Assembly: GCA_041747555.1 (NCBI GenBank)
Contig: JBGTEY010000010.1
Coordinates: 2,958-66,957, forward strand
From: Patescibacteria group bacterium
GTDB taxonomy: Bacteria > Patescibacteriota > Microgenomatia > UBA1400 > PJMF01
Direction: 5' to 3'
DNA length: 64,000 nucleotides
Positions 36,749-46,567 of this stretch are shown piece by piece. The notes under the pieces were generated by a model, which had not been told where the DNA came from, did no database searches, and saw only the letters and a program-made list of their open reading frames with translations. The position numbers were made by a program, and so were the translations under genes. Within the stretch, counting starts at the first letter, position 1. Every line of letters starts with the position of its first letter.

Positions 36749-38500
36749 ATGGTCATTTTAACAATCTTCGCGTTTTTAGCAGGGATTGTGACCGTACTCT
36801 CTCCCTGCATTTTGCCCGTACTACCCATAGTTTTATCTGGATCTGTGGGGGAGGGTAAACGGAGGCCGCTCGGAGTTGTAACTGGTTTTGTTTTAAGTTT
36901 TACCTTTTTTACCCTATTTTTATCGAGTATCGTGCAGGCGACTGGCATATCCGCTGGTGCACTGAGGTCATTCTCTGTTGTAGTGATTATTGGTTTTGGA
37001 TTGAGCTTGGTAATACCGCAGGTACAGGCAGTACTTGAGCGGTTTTTTACATTTTTTAGTCGATTTAGTCCGCGAGGTTCACATGAAGGTTTTTCGGGGG
37101 GTGTGTTTGTTGGTTTGAGCCTTGGTCTTATCTGGACACCGTGTGTGGGTCCTATATTGGCATCAGTGATTTCGCTGGCAATTACGGGTTCAGTTTCTGG
37201 ATCTGCAGCGATCATCACGCTTGCGTATGCAATAGGTACAGCACTACCGATGCTTGCAATCGCTCGAGGTGGCAGACAATTATTAAACAAAGCGCCATTT
37301 CTTGTTCAAAACACTGGCACCATTCAAAAAGCATTTGGCGTACTCATGATCGTGACAGGGTTAGCAATTCATTTTAATGTCGATCGACAGTTCCAAACAT
37401 GGATTCTTGATCGTTTTCCAAATTATGGCACCGGTCTTACTAGACTTGAAGAAATTGACCTTGTAACCAACCAACTTGATTCACTTGGTGCAGGAAATGA
37501 CATGGACGCTGGCGGCAAACCTATGTTTTCACTCCTTGAGGAAAATATCTATCCACCAGCTCCAGAACTTATTGGTGGCACGCAGTGGATTAATTCGGAG
37601 CCATTGACGCTTGCAAATGAATTGAGCGGCAAGGTGGTGCTCATCGATTTTTGGACATACTCGTGTATTAATTGCATTCGCACCTTTCCGTACGTCACTG
37701 AGTGGTATGAAAAATACAAGGACCAGGGGTTTGTAATCATCGGCGTGCATTCACCAGAATTTGAATTTGAAAAAGACACACAAAATGTACTCGAAGCCAT
37801 GGCAGATTATGGAATTGAGTATCCGGTTGTGCAGGACAATGAATTTAAAATCTGGCGTGCATACCAAAATCGCTACTGGCCAGCACATTATTTAATCGAT
37901 AAGCAAGGTAACGTTCGTTATACTCATTTTGGCGAAGGAAAATATTTAGAAACCGAAAATAAAATCCGCGAACTTCTCGGTGAAACTGCCATTAGCGATC
38001 AAGCTGAAGATGAAGTTTCAACAGCGCGCCGTCGCCAAACTCCAGAGATTTACCTCGGCTATAAGCGAGCAGCGCACTACACAAGTGAAAATAGCATTGC
38101 AGAAGACCAAGTTGATGAGTACCAGTTTTCAAACACCTTAGCTGACGACGACGTAGGGATTTCTGGCGCTTGGTTGGTCGAGGCAGAGCGAATTAGTGCT
38201 CAAGAGCAGGATGCGACACTGAGCGGCAACTTTTTAGGTCAAAAATTCCATTTAGTACTGAGTCCAGACGATAATTTTTCAACAGGTTCAGAGGGTACGC
38301 AAACCGTTCAAATCCTTCTGAATGGTCAGCCTGTTCCCCTCGAGTACCAGACACAAGATATGAATGAAGAGGGGAGAATTGTCATTGATCGGCCACGAAA
38401 ATACGATTTGCTCGATTTGGGCGACGACTACGGTAGACACAGAATTGATATTATTTTCGACGAAGGTGTATCTGCGTATGCGTTTACATTTAGTTCCTAA
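36749..38500 (+). CDS. DipZ-like thiol:disulfide oxidoreductase (CcdA/DsbD transmembrane domain + thioredoxin-like domain + C-terminal extension)
   Basis: CcdA motif VLSPCILPVLP. Thioredoxin motif VVLIDFWTYSCINCIRTFP (WxxxCxxC). 583 aa with the same domain order as mycobacterial DipZ. Confidence 0.7.
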   Translation: MVILTIFAFLAGIVTVLSPCILPVLPIVLSGSVGEGKRRPLGVVTGFVLSFTFFTLFLSSIVQATGISAGALRSFSVVVIIGFGLSLVIPQVQAVLERFFTFFSRFSPRGSHEGFSGGVFVGLSLGLIWTPCVGPILASVISLAITGSVSGSAAIITLAYAIGTALPMLAIARGGRQLLNKAPFLVQNTGTIQKAFGVLMIVTGLAIHFNVDRQFQTWILDRFPNYGTGLTRLEEIDLVTNQLDSLGAGNDMDAGGKPMFSLLEENIYPPAPELIGGTQWINSEPLTLANELSGKVVLIDFWTYSCINCIRTFPYVTEWYEKYKDQGFVIIGVHSPEFEFEKDTQNVLEAMADYGIEYPVVQDNEFKIWRAYQNRYWPAHYLIDKQGNVRYTHFGEGKYLETENKIRELLGETAISDQAEDEVSTARRRQTPEIYLGYKRAAHYTSENSIAEDQVDEYQFSNTLADDDVGISGAWLVEAERISAQEQDATLSGNFLGQKFHLVLSPDDNFSTGSEGTQTVQILLNGQPVPLEYQTQDMNEEGRIVIDRPRKYDLLDLGDDYGRHRIDIIFDEGVSAYAFTFSS

Positions 38501-38543
38501 ATTCTCACCTCCCCCGCTCTCCTAATTTCCTACATGCAACTCA

Positions 38544-38571
38544 TTGACATATGCAAGTAAGTTGCATATAA
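38544..38571 (+). promoter_or_regulatory. Sigma70-like promoter (-35 TTGACA, 16 bp, -10 TATAAT) with embedded perfect palindrome ATATGCAA-gtaag-TTGCATAT (putative Fur/Zur box)
   Basis: TTGACA at 38544-38549, palindrome at 38548-38568, TATAAT at 38566-38571. Lies directly upstream of the fur-like gene ATG at 38579. Confidence 0.5.
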
Positions 38572-38578
38572 TAGCTGC

Positions 38579-38990
38579 TATGCAAAAAAATTATGAAGAA
38601 ATTATAAAAAAAGTTGGCCTTAGAGTTACCCCCTCTCGACTAGCTGTTCTGAGAACATTGCACGCGCTTAATTGTCCAATCGACGTTCAGCAGATTGAAG
38701 ACCACCTGCAACAGCAGGGACAAACAGCAGATAAAGTAACTATTTACCGTATTTTAGAAAAATATGAGCAACTCGGCATCGTCAAAACCGTTTTTCTCAA
38801 AGAAGATAAACTCCGCTACGAGCTCAACGACGAGCACCACCACCATTTGGTCTGTAACAATTGCGGTAGTATCCAAGCAATTCATGGCTCTTGGCTTGAG
38901 GCTGCTGAAAAGTACATTGAAAACCAGTATAAATTTGCCGTCAGTGAACACACGCTTGAGTTTTTTGGGATGTGTGCGCGCTGTAAATAA
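38579..38990 (+). CDS. Fur-family metalloregulator (likely Zur)
   Basis: Winged-helix N-terminus. Metal-site residues HHHH and the Cys pairs CNNCG...CARC. Start placed at ATG 38579 because the longer track ORF would begin inside the promoter. Followed 12 bp later by a ZIP transporter. Confidence 0.8.
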
Positions 38991-39001
38991 CTAGGATCAC
39001 C

Positions 39002-39940
39002 ATGTCAGACGTATCTACCTTTCTTCCAATTATTGGTCTTGTTTTATTTGGCAGCGTCGTTGCCTTAATTGGCGGTGTGCTTTTTTTGTACGTCAGGTCT
39101 TTGACCAAAACGCTCACCAGATATTCGGTCCCTTTTGCAGCTGGGGTTTTACTCACCACTGCGCTGGTCGGATTACTACCTGAAGCTACCCATCAAATTG
39201 GCGATGTCGCTTTCATGATCACGCTCTTGGCATTTATTGGTTCTTATCTTTTTGAAAACTTTGCGACAGGCTTGCATCACCATGACGATGGTCATGCTGA
39301 CCATGGTGGACACACTCATGTGCATGCGGTAAAAGAAAGTTCGGTTTGGATGGTACTGGTGGGAGATACCATTCATAATTTTATTGATGGTGTGGCAATC
39401 GCAGCGAGTTATATGGTGAATCCTGGGCTGGGAGTTGTAACTGCTGTCTCAACATTCTTGCATGAAGTTCCCCATGAAATTGGAGATTTTGGAATTCTAC
39501 TCAAAGCAGGGTGGCGTCGTCGATCAATTATTGTGGTAAATATAATTTCCGCACTGTTCTCTGTTGTGGGTGCTGCTGCGGTGCTCTTTATCTTTGCTGA
39601 AATAGAAATAATTGGACATCTTTTAGCAATTGCTGCCGGTATGTTTTTATATCTAGGGTCAAGTGATTTTTTACCCAAAGCACAGGAGGAGTCAAAGATG
39701 ATGAATTCTGTTGCTGCATTTATTCTTGGCACATTGGTGATTATGGGAGTATTTTATGCGGTGCCACATGACCATCCGGAATCAGGAGTTGACTCACATG
39801 GCCATGCTATAGGCGTAGATGAGCACGATGAGGAGGACGACGATGCTCACGAGCAGGAAGAAGACGACCATTCGGATGAAAAGGAAGTTGATCACCAACT
39901 AGAAGATGATCATGCTGATGAGCTTATCGAGCACGATTAA
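39002..39940 (+). CDS. zupT: ZIP-family divalent metal (Zn) transporter with His/Asp/Glu-rich C-terminal tail
   Basis: ZIP signature helices HNFIDGVAIA and HEVPHEIGDF. The C-terminal ~60 aa are rich in H, D and E. Confidence 0.75.
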   Translation: MSDVSTFLPIIGLVLFGSVVALIGGVLFLYVRSLTKTLTRYSVPFAAGVLLTTALVGLLPEATHQIGDVAFMITLLAFIGSYLFENFATGLHHHDDGHADHGGHTHVHAVKESSVWMVLVGDTIHNFIDGVAIAASYMVNPGLGVVTAVSTFLHEVPHEIGDFGILLKAGWRRRSIIVVNIISALFSVVGAAAVLFIFAEIEIIGHLLAIAAGMFLYLGSSDFLPKAQEESKMMNSVAAFILGTLVIMGVFYAVPHDHPESGVDSHGHAIGVDEHDEEDDDAHEQEEDDHSDEKEVDHQLEDDHADELIEHD

Positions 39941-39952
39941 TTAATCGCACAG

Positions 39953-42187
39953 TTAGGCATTTGAATTTACTATTTTTAGGAGTTGATTAAGTTTCTCTGA
40001 TAAGCCTGCTCTATCGCACAATTCGAGAAGCTTAGGATCTGAACCCAGTCGCCTCAGCGCCTGGCTTTCTGAAGATCGAACGGTAAGTAGGTGACTGTTC
40101 GTTTCGCAGTACTGAAAATATGCTTGTAGCACATACTTGAGTTTTGGTTCTACTTCTATTTCGATGGTATGGTGGAGCATGTGTTGAAATGCGTGCATAG
40201 CCATAGCAATGTCAATCAAGCTTTCTGAGGCAGCGAGAATCAACTGACCTGCAGTGGCGTGCCCCACGAAGAGACTCCTCACATGAGTGAACAAATGTAT
40301 TTGGTTTCGATTAGTTCTGAGAATGAGCAGTAGGTCTTCAGCGGATATTGCTGGAGTGAGGATTTGCATCTGCCATCCAGAAATTTGACCGCGAATCTGC
40401 TCAGAAACTTTGGGGTTGGTAAGTATTGAAACAAAATGATTCTGCATCCTCTCCAGAAGATTTGTGTCATTATCAACTGAGTAGTCAGACATTTCACCCA
40501 CGTGTTCGGGAAGGAGTAACTGAATAAGCTGAGCTTCTTCACCAGCATGTAGTTTTTCAGCCCAGGTTGGATCCTCAAGCTCATCAAGCACCGTCTCAAG
40601 CCGTTTGCCTTGGCGATCTTGCCACCACGATTTCTTAAGCTTAACTAAGTTATGAATGAACGGTACTTCTTCTGCCCAGTGTAATTTGTCTGAGTCAAGA
40701 CAGTCATACACAAATGCTTGCTCATCGCTGTCATACACATCAGATAAAATTGTGTAGATTTTATGCTTGTATGCTCCACCCTTACTTTCTAGAAGCGCTA
40801 CCCATAGGTATGTACCCTTAATTTTTTCTGTGAGGAGGTGATGCTCCTTATGAAGATACCTCAGGAGGTAATCAAACCATTGTTCAGATCGACTCGCGGA
40901 CTTCATGAGCTCAGTTAATATGGTCAAAAGCTCCGGAATTTCAGGAAGATGCGTAGTAGTCAGCTGCTTGACGAGCGGCGCATCACTCTCGTATGCCACA
41001 ATTTCGCCAATTATTCTCAATTCATTTGAGCCTAACTTGAAGGCGGTTTGATCGTCACCATCTTCCGCATGCTGTACTTTGGCCTTGTCGGTGGGGTGTA
41101 TGGCATGGAGTAATTGCTGTATTGACGCACTTACTTCAGTGAGTTTGGGTGCCGTTGCCGGTTTGCTTGAACTCCTCGAAACATTTTGAGCATTTTTGTA
41201 CCAATTGAGAGCGATGTTTGCGATCTGACGGGAGGTCTGAGGTGTGCTATCGGCAGGGATTAAGCGCGCGATCCCCTCTGATGCCAGGTTTGCGTGCATG
41301 AGGCACGCTTCATTTGAATGATATTCACTCGTGGCATTTTCAAGCATTTCTAAAACTTTTTCCTGGAACTCAGGAGTTAGTGATTCATCGTCGAGATGCG
41401 CAACGAGTGTCAGGATTGCAAAGAGATTATCCTCTGGTTTTTCGAGGTTTAAAAGTAGCTCTGAAACAATTTTGTCATCGAGCTCGTCTGGCAAAAGATC
41501 TGGATATTTAGAAGTTGCGAGGGCTAGTAATCGGACCGCAGCTTGGGGGAATGGCGCGGAAACTCGTGGACTTGGGGTTGAGTTTAGTATATCGAGTTGA
41601 CCTGCTACGCGGGATCTTTCCCTATTGAGATCATCATCTTTCTCGCCAAGGGTTGTAGCAAAATACTGCAATTGGTCGAGAATGCTTTTGAACGTAGCTT
41701 TCAAATACGAATCATCTACAGTCTGTGTGGTCATGTTTTCAAACACATGGTAGAGATGACTTGCTACGCGTCTTGTTATTGCACGCTGCTGCTGAAGATC
41801 AGGTTCTTGCAATGCAGCGGTGAGTTCGCTGGCAATAGTGGTCAGGTAGATAGGGATATCTATAGTAGAACTCGCCAATAACGCTGCAACTTTTCCAGGA
41901 TCGTATTGGTTTTCTGCGACTGCGGCTTTTGCCAGATCAGTAGTAACGAGTTGTCGTACAGGGGCATTGATTGCGATTATGGTAAGCGCCGCTTCGAGTG
42001 GTCCGGTGTCTACCTCTGGATCAGCAACGAGCAACAATTCATGTAAGTCTTTGGCTACAGCGAGTAAAAAGAGGAAATTCACTGGAATGGAAACTTCAGG
42101 CAGTTCGCTCTCACCCGAAGATTTAAGCGTTGAATCCAAAAGCTTTTGCAATCGTGCGTGTGCATCACCGTCCACCTGAGTTTTCAT
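39953..42187 (-). CDS. Hypothetical large all-helical protein (744 aa)
   Basis: Leu-rich, predicted helical-repeat character. No catalytic motif recognised. Divergent from the two-component system. Confidence 0.5.
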   Translation of the reverse strand: MKTQVDGDAHARLQKLLDSTLKSSGESELPEVSIPVNFLFLLAVAKDLHELLLVADPEVDTGPLEAALTIIAINAPVRQLVTTDLAKAAVAENQYDPGKVAALLASSTIDIPIYLTTIASELTAALQEPDLQQQRAITRRVASHLYHVFENMTTQTVDDSYLKATFKSILDQLQYFATTLGEKDDDLNRERSRVAGQLDILNSTPSPRVSAPFPQAAVRLLALATSKYPDLLPDELDDKIVSELLLNLEKPEDNLFAILTLVAHLDDESLTPEFQEKVLEMLENATSEYHSNEACLMHANLASEGIARLIPADSTPQTSRQIANIALNWYKNAQNVSRSSSKPATAPKLTEVSASIQQLLHAIHPTDKAKVQHAEDGDDQTAFKLGSNELRIIGEIVAYESDAPLVKQLTTTHLPEIPELLTILTELMKSASRSEQWFDYLLRYLHKEHHLLTEKIKGTYLWVALLESKGGAYKHKIYTILSDVYDSDEQAFVYDCLDSDKLHWAEEVPFIHNLVKLKKSWWQDRQGKRLETVLDELEDPTWAEKLHAGEEAQLIQLLLPEHVGEMSDYSVDNDTNLLERMQNHFVSILTNPKVSEQIRGQISGWQMQILTPAISAEDLLLILRTNRNQIHLFTHVRSLFVGHATAGQLILAASESLIDIAMAMHAFQHMLHHTIEIEVEPKLKYVLQAYFQYCETNSHLLTVRSSESQALRRLGSDPKLLELCDRAGLSEKLNQLLKIVNSNA

Positions 42188-42318
42188 ACTATAAGTATAT
42201 CATATCGAGCATAGTAGCTCTCAACAAATTCTCAATTTAGTGAGTACAATAAAGGTACTGACTATGAGCATTTATTGAATAACTCCGTGCAACTACTCAT
42301 GCCACAAATATCGCAATA

Positions 42319-42999
42319 ATGAAAATTTTAGTAATCGAAGACGAACATCGGATTGCAAACTATATAAAAAAAGGTTTGGAGCTGCAACAGCATGTGGTTG
42401 ATGTAGCATATGATGGTGACAGTGGTTTTGACATGGCAAGTGTAGAGAAGTATGACGTCATTCTTCTTGATCTAATGCTGCCAGGAAAAGACGGCATCTC
42501 AATTTGTAAAGATTTGCGGGAGGAAGGCAATCACACACCAATTCTAATGCTCACAGCCAAATCTGCCGTTCCCGATCGAGTGACTGGTTTGGATGCAGGT
42601 GCAGATGATTATCTACCCAAACCTTTTGCCTTCACCGAGCTCTTAGCCCGCGTTAAGGCGCTTGGGAGGCGCCCACAGCAAGTTTCGGACACGACATTGA
42701 CCGCTGGCACGCTAACGCTCAACACCCATACCCAGCAGGTTGAACGAAGCGGTGCACCGATTTCACTTTCTAAAAAGGAATATTCATTGCTTGAATTTTT
42801 CATGAGACATCAAAATCAAATCTTAAGTAAAGATCAGCTTACCGAACAAGTATGGAGTTATGATAGTGATGTTTTACCAAATACAGCTCAAGTGTATGTG
42901 GGATACTTGCGCAATAAAATAGACCGGCCGTTTCCAGACGAGTTACCCCTGTTGCGTACGGTGCGTGGATTTGGGTACAGTTTTGGCGTTGGGAAGTAA
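42319..42999 (+). CDS. OmpR/PhoB-family response regulator
   Basis: Receiver domain (DDxxxxxD..., phospho-acceptor LDLMLPGKDG, K near LMLTAK) plus a C-terminal winged-helix trans_reg_C domain. Confidence 0.9.
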   Translation: MKILVIEDEHRIANYIKKGLELQQHVVDVAYDGDSGFDMASVEKYDVILLDLMLPGKDGISICKDLREEGNHTPILMLTAKSAVPDRVTGLDAGADDYLPKPFAFTELLARVKALGRRPQQVSDTTLTAGTLTLNTHTQQVERSGAPISLSKKEYSLLEFFMRHQNQILSKDQLTEQVWSYDSDVLPNTAQVYVGYLRNKIDRPFPDELPLLRTVRGFGYSFGVGK

Positions 43000-43002
43000 A
43001 AA

Positions 43003-44037
43003 ATGCAGTTATTTCTTTCAGCTCGCTTGCAGTTAACCGCATGGTATTTGTTAATCGTGCTTTTTATTACTGGTTCGGTGAGTGCAATCGTGTATTTTCG
43101 GACGACGTATGTGATTGAGCAGGAATATACACGTATTGAGCAGCGGATCTTGAGCGATTTTCGACGGATTGGGCAGCCTGAAGGTGAGACACCTGTTGAG
43201 CGAATACTGCGTGCTGATCTAGCGTTGGCCAAGAAACAGATTTTTTTGCAACTCTTGGTGGTGAATGGATTAATAGCACTGTTGTTTGCAATTGCTGGTT
43301 ATATTTTATCGGGCAAAACCTTGCGACCGATCCAATCAATCCTAGAAGAACAGCAGCGACTTGTCGCTGATGCTGCGCACGAGCTCAAAACACCCATAAC
43401 AGCGCTCAAGACCTCAATCGAAGTTAATCTTATGGATGCTTCTCTTCCCAAATCCACCAAAAAAATTCTGACAGAAAATTTAGAAGATATTGAATGTCTT
43501 GGAATGCTCACTGAAAGTTTGCTCAAGTTAGCTCGAGTTGAGCATCAGCAGCTTGATCATCAACAAATTGAGTTGTCTCAGCTTACCAAACAAGCAGTCA
43601 AGCAAATTTCACCGCTCGCAACAAAAAAACAGATCGCAATCAAAACACGCGGTATCAAGAAGCAATACCAAGTCTTTGGCGACTATGGCTCTCTCCTGGA
43701 CTTAGAGCTGCTACTTCTTGATAACGCGATCAAGTACAGTCCATCCAATTCAACGGTAACAATATCACTTGCCGAGCATCGCAGAACGATTGAGCTGAGA
43801 GTGGTAGATCAGGGAATGGGCATTCCTCGAGAGCATATTGCACATATTTTTGATCGATTTTATAGAGTCGATAGCTCACGGACTCAATCCAGAACAGGCG
43901 GTTATGGCCTTGGATTAGCGATTGCCAAGAAAATTGTGACACAACACAGGGCGAGCATTCACGTCAAAAGCTCAAGTACTACAGGAACTACTTTTACCGT
44001 TAGTTTCCCCAAGTTTTCCAGGGTAATGATCGAGTAG
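43003..44037 (+). CDS. Sensor histidine kinase (HisKA + HATPase_c), two TM segments
   Basis: H-box AAHELKTPIT. N, G1 and G2 boxes (DQGMGIP, GGYGLGLAI). Confidence 0.85.
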   Translation: MQLFLSARLQLTAWYLLIVLFITGSVSAIVYFRTTYVIEQEYTRIEQRILSDFRRIGQPEGETPVERILRADLALAKKQIFLQLLVVNGLIALLFAIAGYILSGKTLRPIQSILEEQQRLVADAAHELKTPITALKTSIEVNLMDASLPKSTKKILTENLEDIECLGMLTESLLKLARVEHQQLDHQQIELSQLTKQAVKQISPLATKKQIAIKTRGIKKQYQVFGDYGSLLDLELLLLDNAIKYSPSNSTVTISLAEHRRTIELRVVDQGMGIPREHIAHIFDRFYRVDSSRTQSRTGGYGLGLAIAKKIVTQHRASIHVKSSSTTGTTFTVSFPKFSRVMIE

Positions 44038-44136
44038 CCGATACTGTAATTGCTTTTCAATTCTCAATTAATTCTCAAGCTATCGCAGTATTCTAATAGA
44101 CAGTACAAAGTAATCATTCAATGGAAAGGAGGTATC

Positions 44137-44616
44137 ATGAATAAAAAAGTTCTACTGCCAGTTGCAGCCGCAATCATCGCGGGCTCACTGTATGGAGCCG
44201 GACAAGTATCAGCGCACGGCCTAGGAAGCCAAAACAGCACATCCTTGATCCAAACACTTACTCAACGCTTCAACCTCAATGAAGATGAGGTCAAAGCCGT
44301 GTTTGACGAAGTCCGACAACAGCAAGCAGTCCAGAGGCAGACCCACATGGAAAATCGGTTGCAAGTGGCAGTAGATTCAGGAGATCTCACTGAAGAGCAG
44401 CGAGACTCGCTGTTACACCTTAAGGAGGAACATATGGCAGCAATGCAGCAGCTGCGTGATTCTTCAACAGAAATAACGCCCGAACAACGGCAGACGTTGT
44501 TTGAGAAACACCGAGCAGAACTAGAAGCTTGGGCAGAACAAGAAGGCGTATCACTTGATGATGTTGCACCATTTCACGACAGGTTTGGTAGCCACCGTCG
44601 TATGATGAAACAATAA
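44137..44616 (+). CDS. Secreted LTXXQ-motif protein (CpxP/Spy-like periplasmic chaperone family, tentative)
   Basis: Signal peptide MNKKVLLPVAAAIIAGSLYGAGQVSA. Two LTXXQ-type motifs (DLTEEQRD, ITPEQRQ). Strong AGGAGG ribosome-binding site. The track ORF begins earlier at 44050. Confidence 0.5.
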   Translation: MNKKVLLPVAAAIIAGSLYGAGQVSAHGLGSQNSTSLIQTLTQRFNLNEDEVKAVFDEVRQQQAVQRQTHMENRLQVAVDSGDLTEEQRDSLLHLKEEHMAAMQQLRDSSTEITPEQRQTLFEKHRAELEAWAEQEGVSLDDVAPFHDRFGSHRRMMKQ

Positions 44617-44645
44617 CTTATTTAAGCGATACTCCATCAGTATAT

Positions 44646-44682
44646 CAGACACTTTCTTTGCGGAAAGTGTCTGATTTTTTTG
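44646..44682 (+). terminator. Rho-independent terminator
   Basis: CAGACACTTTC-tttgcg-GAAAGTGTCTG followed by ATTTTTTTG, 30 bp after the LTXXQ gene stop. Confidence 0.6.
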
Positions 44683-44727
44683 TCTCTCCGCTAGACAGGT
44701 ATCTCAAAGTATTGATAGTATGGAACC

Positions 44728-45189
44728 ATGCTCATTTCAGAAATTTACCATAAAAATGTCATCACTATTGATCACCACACTACTGTTATCGAAGCTCTCA
44801 AGACGTTCATCAAAAAACGCATAAATGGCTTAATTGTGGTGGATGGTCATGACCACGTCGTGGGTGTGCTCTCAATTCAAGATATCGCAGCAGCAACAAT
44901 TCCGAGTCAGTTTCGACATAATATCCAGATGGCAGCTGCCATGTATCGCAAAGGATTTTTCTCTGAGAATTGTCAAGATATCAAGGACAACACGGTCAAA
45001 ACGATCATGAGAAAAAATTTCACCGCAGTGAATATGGAAGACAACATCATGGCGGTTACCGCTGATTTTCTTAAGAATGACTTATACATCGTGCCAGTAT
45101 TTAAAGAAGGTCAGCTCGTAGGAGTGGTAACGCGTTCTGAAATTAAGAAAGCGCTCGCGTACGGTATGAAATTGCATGGGTATTTTTAA
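44728..45189 (+). CDS. CBS-domain pair protein
   Basis: Two CBS motifs (..VITIDHHTTVIEALKTFIKKRINGLIVVD.. and ..VTRSEIKKAL). Confidence 0.6.
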   Translation: MLISEIYHKNVITIDHHTTVIEALKTFIKKRINGLIVVDGHDHVVGVLSIQDIAAATIPSQFRHNIQMAAAMYRKGFFSENCQDIKDNTVKTIMRKNFTAVNMEDNIMAVTADFLKNDLYIVPVFKEGQLVGVVTRSEIKKALAYGMKLHGYF

Positions 45190-45233
45190 GGTAGTTGCAG
45201 AGCTGTAGTAGCGACTAGTACTTGGATTTGGAT

Positions 45234-46565
45234 ATGGAAGTATACGGATTATCATTTTTTTCACTATTGTCTTTGGTTGTATTGAGTGTGGTGTATTACT
45301 TTTTAATCTCTGAAAAAGTAAATAAAGTAATTGTCTCTATTCTTGGCGCGACGTCGTTGATTTTGATGCAAGTGTTTAAGACCGCCACGCATTCTTCACA
45401 GGAAAATGCATTTTCATTTATTAGCCATAATTTAGATATTTTAGGTTTTGTGATTGGAATGATGGTGTTGGTAGGGATTGTGCGCGAATCGGGAATTTTT
45501 GAGGCGCTGGCAATCTGGCTGGTGCGATTAGTGAAGGGAGAGCCAAAAAAATTATTGGTGGTAATCGGCTATTTGACGCTGGTGATGACCACTTTTTTTT
45601 CTAATATTCCCACGATTCTTATCTTGACGCCAGTGCTAGTTGTATTGATAAAAACATTTAAATTGCCCTATATGCCATACTTTTTTGTATTAGTAGTGAT
45701 GGCAAATTTATCTGGAGCGATGACCCCTATTTCAGATCCAACTACCTACTATCAGGCCAAAACAGTCGGACTCTCATTTGGGGAAGTTATTTCCAATTCA
45801 GGTTTGATTGTATTACTCCTTTCGGTGGTAACCATGGTGTATAGCTTGTTTGTATTCAGAAAGCCATTAGCTGCAGTGAAGGTCAGCGAAAAAGACGTTC
45901 AATTATTTAATCCAAAAGCTGCAATAAAAGATCTCACCATTCTCAAGAAAGGGATGCCAATTTTGCTTGGAGTGATTCTACTAATGATTTTTCGGGAACA
46001 AATTTTCACGCTCACAGGAGTGACTTTGGATAATGCTACTCTAACACTCGGTGGCTCGTTTTTGGCTATGCTCATATTTCATCGCAAACCTGAAAAAGTC
46101 TTCAAAGATTTGATTGATTGGGAAATCATATTCTTCTTTATGGGGTTATTTATCGTAGTCGGTGCACTAGAATTTACAGAAGTAATTGTGCTGCTCGCAG
46201 ATCAATTAGTGACCTTGTCAGGAGGAAACATGACTACGCTCTTGTTCTTGATTACTACGGGCTCTGCGGTGTTATCTACTTTTATTGATAACGTCCCGTA
46301 CAACATAACAATGGTGGGTGCAATTCAGGCAATGTCAGCCTCTGGATTGACGGTGTATCCGCTATGGTGGGCGCTAAATTTAGGAACCTCAATTGGAGGC
46401 GCAGGTTCTCCGATCGCTGCTGCCTGTAATGTGATCGCGTTTAGTCAAGCCGAAAAAGAACACTGGTCGGTAAAATTCTTTCATTTTCTGATACTTTCCA
46501 TGCCATTGGTGCTGATTAATAGTCTTGTTGCCTTTCTAGTTCTGTGGGTTCGGTATATACTATAG
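45234..46565 (+). CDS. Ion-transporter-superfamily permease (ArsB/NhaD / CitMHS-like)
   Basis: ~12 TM polytopic protein with inverted-repeat topology typical of ArsB/NhaD permeases. The track ORF starts at TTG 45222; the ATG at 45234 is preferred. Confidence 0.5.
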   Translation: MEVYGLSFFSLLSLVVLSVVYYFLISEKVNKVIVSILGATSLILMQVFKTATHSSQENAFSFISHNLDILGFVIGMMVLVGIVRESGIFEALAIWLVRLVKGEPKKLLVVIGYLTLVMTTFFSNIPTILILTPVLVVLIKTFKLPYMPYFFVLVVMANLSGAMTPISDPTTYYQAKTVGLSFGEVISNSGLIVLLLSVVTMVYSLFVFRKPLAAVKVSEKDVQLFNPKAAIKDLTILKKGMPILLGVILLMIFREQIFTLTGVTLDNATLTLGGSFLAMLIFHRKPEKVFKDLIDWEIIFFFMGLFIVVGALEFTEVIVLLADQLVTLSGGNMTTLLFLITTGSAVLSTFIDNVPYNITMVGAIQAMSASGLTVYPLWWALNLGTSIGGAGSPIAAACNVIAFSQAEKEHWSVKFFHFLILSMPLVLINSLVAFLVLWVRYIL

Positions 46566-46567
46566 GT

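Noticed and set aside
36634-37290. 218-aa minus-strand ORF.
   Set aside because: Entirely antisense to the N-terminal CcdA-like TM domain of the DipZ gene, which has clear motifs. It looks like a typical shadow ORF.
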